Shown here: positions 61,840 through 64,000 of the stretch, in pieces
Layout of the letters: each line of letters opens with the position of its first letter
Numbering within the stretch: the first letter of the stretch is position 1
The notes under the pieces: model-generated
What the model was told of the DNA's origin: nothing
Databases searched by the model: none
The model's input: only the letters and a program-made list of their open reading frames with translations
Assembly (NCBI GenBank): GCA_030390025.1
Contig: CM059432.1
Span: 109,928,001-109,992,000, forward strand
Direction of reading: 5' to 3'
Length of the DNA stretch: 64,000 nt
From: Squalus acanthias
Lineage: Eukaryota
Made by a program: the position numbers and the translations under genes

Positions 61840-63822
61840 CTATACACCCTCTAAGGAGATAGGGTACAGCAGCTCATAGAGGAGTTCTAAGTCACTATTA
61901 GAAATAGGAGTTTCAGATAGATCTGTTCGAGGCTTGGTCACCAACTGGGTGATCGTCTCACAGCAGTGTGGAATTCCATCTTCTTCCGTGGGCAGCAGTG
62001 TGGCTGGATTTAAAACCGAACATCTTTGAATTAGGAGATTAGGGTTAGACAGCAATTCAACCTCATATTTACTGCTACGGGCTGATGTCAGGTGTTGAGT
62101 GGCGCATTTTGTTAATAGTATCTCAACTGAATGTGGCACCAATAAAATAGTCCGGTGATTGAGCGTGATGCCTTGAGCTTGTTGCACAGCATAATAGGCA
62201 GTGGCTAGAATTGGCAGACATCCGGGCAGGCCGCATGCAACGGGATCCAATTGGGTACTAAAATAAGCTAAAGGTCTCTGTTTATCACCCTGGGTTTGAG
62301 TCAAAACGGATTGAGCAAAGCCCGATTTATAGTGGACAAACAGATTGAACTGTTTCTGATAGTCTGGCAGTCCTAATGCTGGAGCAGATATAAGGGCTTG
62401 CTTAATATTTTCAAAGGCGTCCGTTGCCTTCTGATCCCAAGCAAGAGGATCTTCCTTGGTGGGCATGGAGATATCAAGTAATGGGCACACCAGGTCTGAA
62501 TACCCCAGGATCCATTGTCTACAGTATCCTGACATGCCAAGAAAATGTTTTAATTGCCGTTTAGTGGTAGGTAATGGTGCTTCACAAATTGCTTTGATTC
62601 TTCTCTGTGATAGGCAGCAGCTATCCCCACGGAGTTCATGTCCTAAATACTGTACTTTCTCTGACACGAACTGCATCTTAGAACATGATACTTTATGTCC
62701 CTTTGCTGCCAAGGCATGGAGCATAATAAGCGAATCAGTTTGGCATGACTGTTTATCAGGTGAAGCTATCAGCAAATCATCAACATATTGAATAAGTGTG
62801 GACCCTCCAGTGAAGAGAATATCCTCTAAATCACGCTTGAGGCTTTGAGAAAAGATTGTGGGACTCTCTGTGTAACCTTGTGGCAGCCTTGTCCATGTGT
62901 ACTGTGTTCCTTTAAATGTGAAAGCAAATAGGAACTGTGAATCTTGGTGGATAGGGATACTGAAGAAGGCTGAACATAAATTGATGACGGTGTAATACCT
63001 TGATCCAGAGGGAATACTAGTTAAAATGGCAGCCGGATTTGGCACAATTGGGTAGACTGGTAGTACTAATTCATTAACCGCTCTGAGATCTTGCACTAGT
63101 CTCCATTTCCCACTTTCCTTCTTTTCAACTGGCAAAATTGGAGTGTTACATGGGCTCCAAGTTGGAATGATTATTCCTTGCTTTAGCAAAGAGTTAATGA
63201 CAGGCTGAATTCCTTGTTCAGCTGCTACTGAAAGCGGGTACTGAGATCTTCGGGGCAATCGGCCGGATGGTCTTAATGTAACTTTATATGGCTGAGCAGT
63301 TAGCATTTTGCCAACCTCGTTTGAATGACTAGACCATATTTGTGGCGGAATTTGATCAAGCAGTTGCTTCATTTCCCGTGAGATAATTGGGGGGAAATAT
63401 TCTTGTAAAGGACACATAGTGCATCTATCAATAGGGACATACACCTGTAGTCCCTTTTCTGAACAAATTATTGTTGCTTGCATTTTGCATAGCAAATCTC
63501 TCCCTAAAAGGTTCATAGGAGCATCGTCTGATAGGAGAAAGGCATATTGGCCAGAGAAATTGTCTGCTTGTATTGCTAATGGCTGTGACCATATCATAGT
63601 CTGTGAGACGCCAGAAAGTCCTACACATGTGACATTCTTTTCTGTACATGGGGTTCCTCTAGCATATTGCTTTGTTAATAGTGAGTTTGTGGCACCTGTG
63701 TCAACGAGAAAAGGAACTCTCTTGCCCTGCATTTCTATGGATAAATATGGCTCATCTTTAGAATTTACTGATACTGAAGGTAATTGAAGTATGTGGGTAA
63801 CGTTTGGGGCTGTGTCTTTGCG
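61840..63822 (-). pseudogene. pol: ERV pro-pol (protease, RT, tether), truncated before RNase H core and integrase
   Basis: Open frame from the gag stop through ORF 61840..63732; homology ends after PRTDLSETPISNSDL; first RT Asp reads Asn (VINL). Confidence 0.9.
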
Positions 63823-64000
63823 TCACGCTGAATAATTTTGCTCTGGGGGCGGGAGGGATCCAATTTGTCCTTCCATATTTTGACCTCCCCAAGGGTTCCC
63901 GGTTGTAAAACCTGCCTGCGGACGAGTGTAAGCCTGGGCTTGGGTATTTACATTGTTTGGTGCACCTCCCCAGCCTTGATGTTGCTGCTTGAGGAACGGG
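63823..64000 (-). CDS. gag: ERV Gag C-terminus (partial)
   Basis: Open Gln/Gly/Pro-rich frame PFLKQQHQGWGG...PPPEQNYSA ending in TGA (63825-63823), in frame with pol. Confidence 0.75.
   Translation of the reverse strand, partial: PFLKQQHQGWGGAPNNVNTQAQAYTRPQAGFTTGNPWGGQNMEGQIGSLPPPEQNYSA

Larger units (their letters stand above)
61039..64000 (-). mobile_element. Class I (gamma/epsilon-like) endogenous retrovirus, 3' part, internally deleted; runs off the window
   Basis: gag end, in-frame TGA, PR (LVDTGA, NLLGRDLL), RT (PCNTPILPV, WRLVQDLR, LPQG, QYVDDLL), PPT and LTR. Confidence 0.93.

Noticed and set aside
1..64000. CRISPR array, rRNA or prokaryotic operon-type systems
   Set aside because: No regularly spaced repeat-spacer array or rRNA-like sequence; content is eukaryotic repeat-rich DNA

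Overview
Vertebrate nuclear DNA, most likely a cartilaginous fish (inferred from the repeat families: CR1 LINEs with esterase ORF1, L2, Deu-domain SINE, Penelope hammerhead relics). The window is almost entirely transposable elements plus intron-like or intergenic spacer, and I could not recognise any host protein-coding exon. Contents: many CR1, CR1-like and L2 LINE copies (several nested); tRNA-derived SINEs; hairpin-rich non-autonomous DNA transposons with AWT target duplications; Penelope-derived pieces including a palindromic double hammerhead ribozyme insertion; one complete young Ty3/Gypsy LTR retrotransposon (43365-47832); the 3' part of an internally deleted class I (gamma/epsilon-like) endogenous retrovirus (61039-64000); and a CpG-island promoter near 24.0-24.6 kb. 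Most notable: (1) the Gypsy element has no tRNA-type PBS but an exact 11-nt complement to its own LTR (Tf1-like self-priming geometry), plus a YLDN RT motif and a duplicated PPT/U3 junction; (2) a 171-bp palindrome encodes a minimal hammerhead on each strand; (3) the MITE hairpins and TIRs co-vary between copies; (4) a single-ORF LINE family appears to carry a tRNA-SINE as its 5' end. Boundaries of old repeats are approximate and were read by eye.
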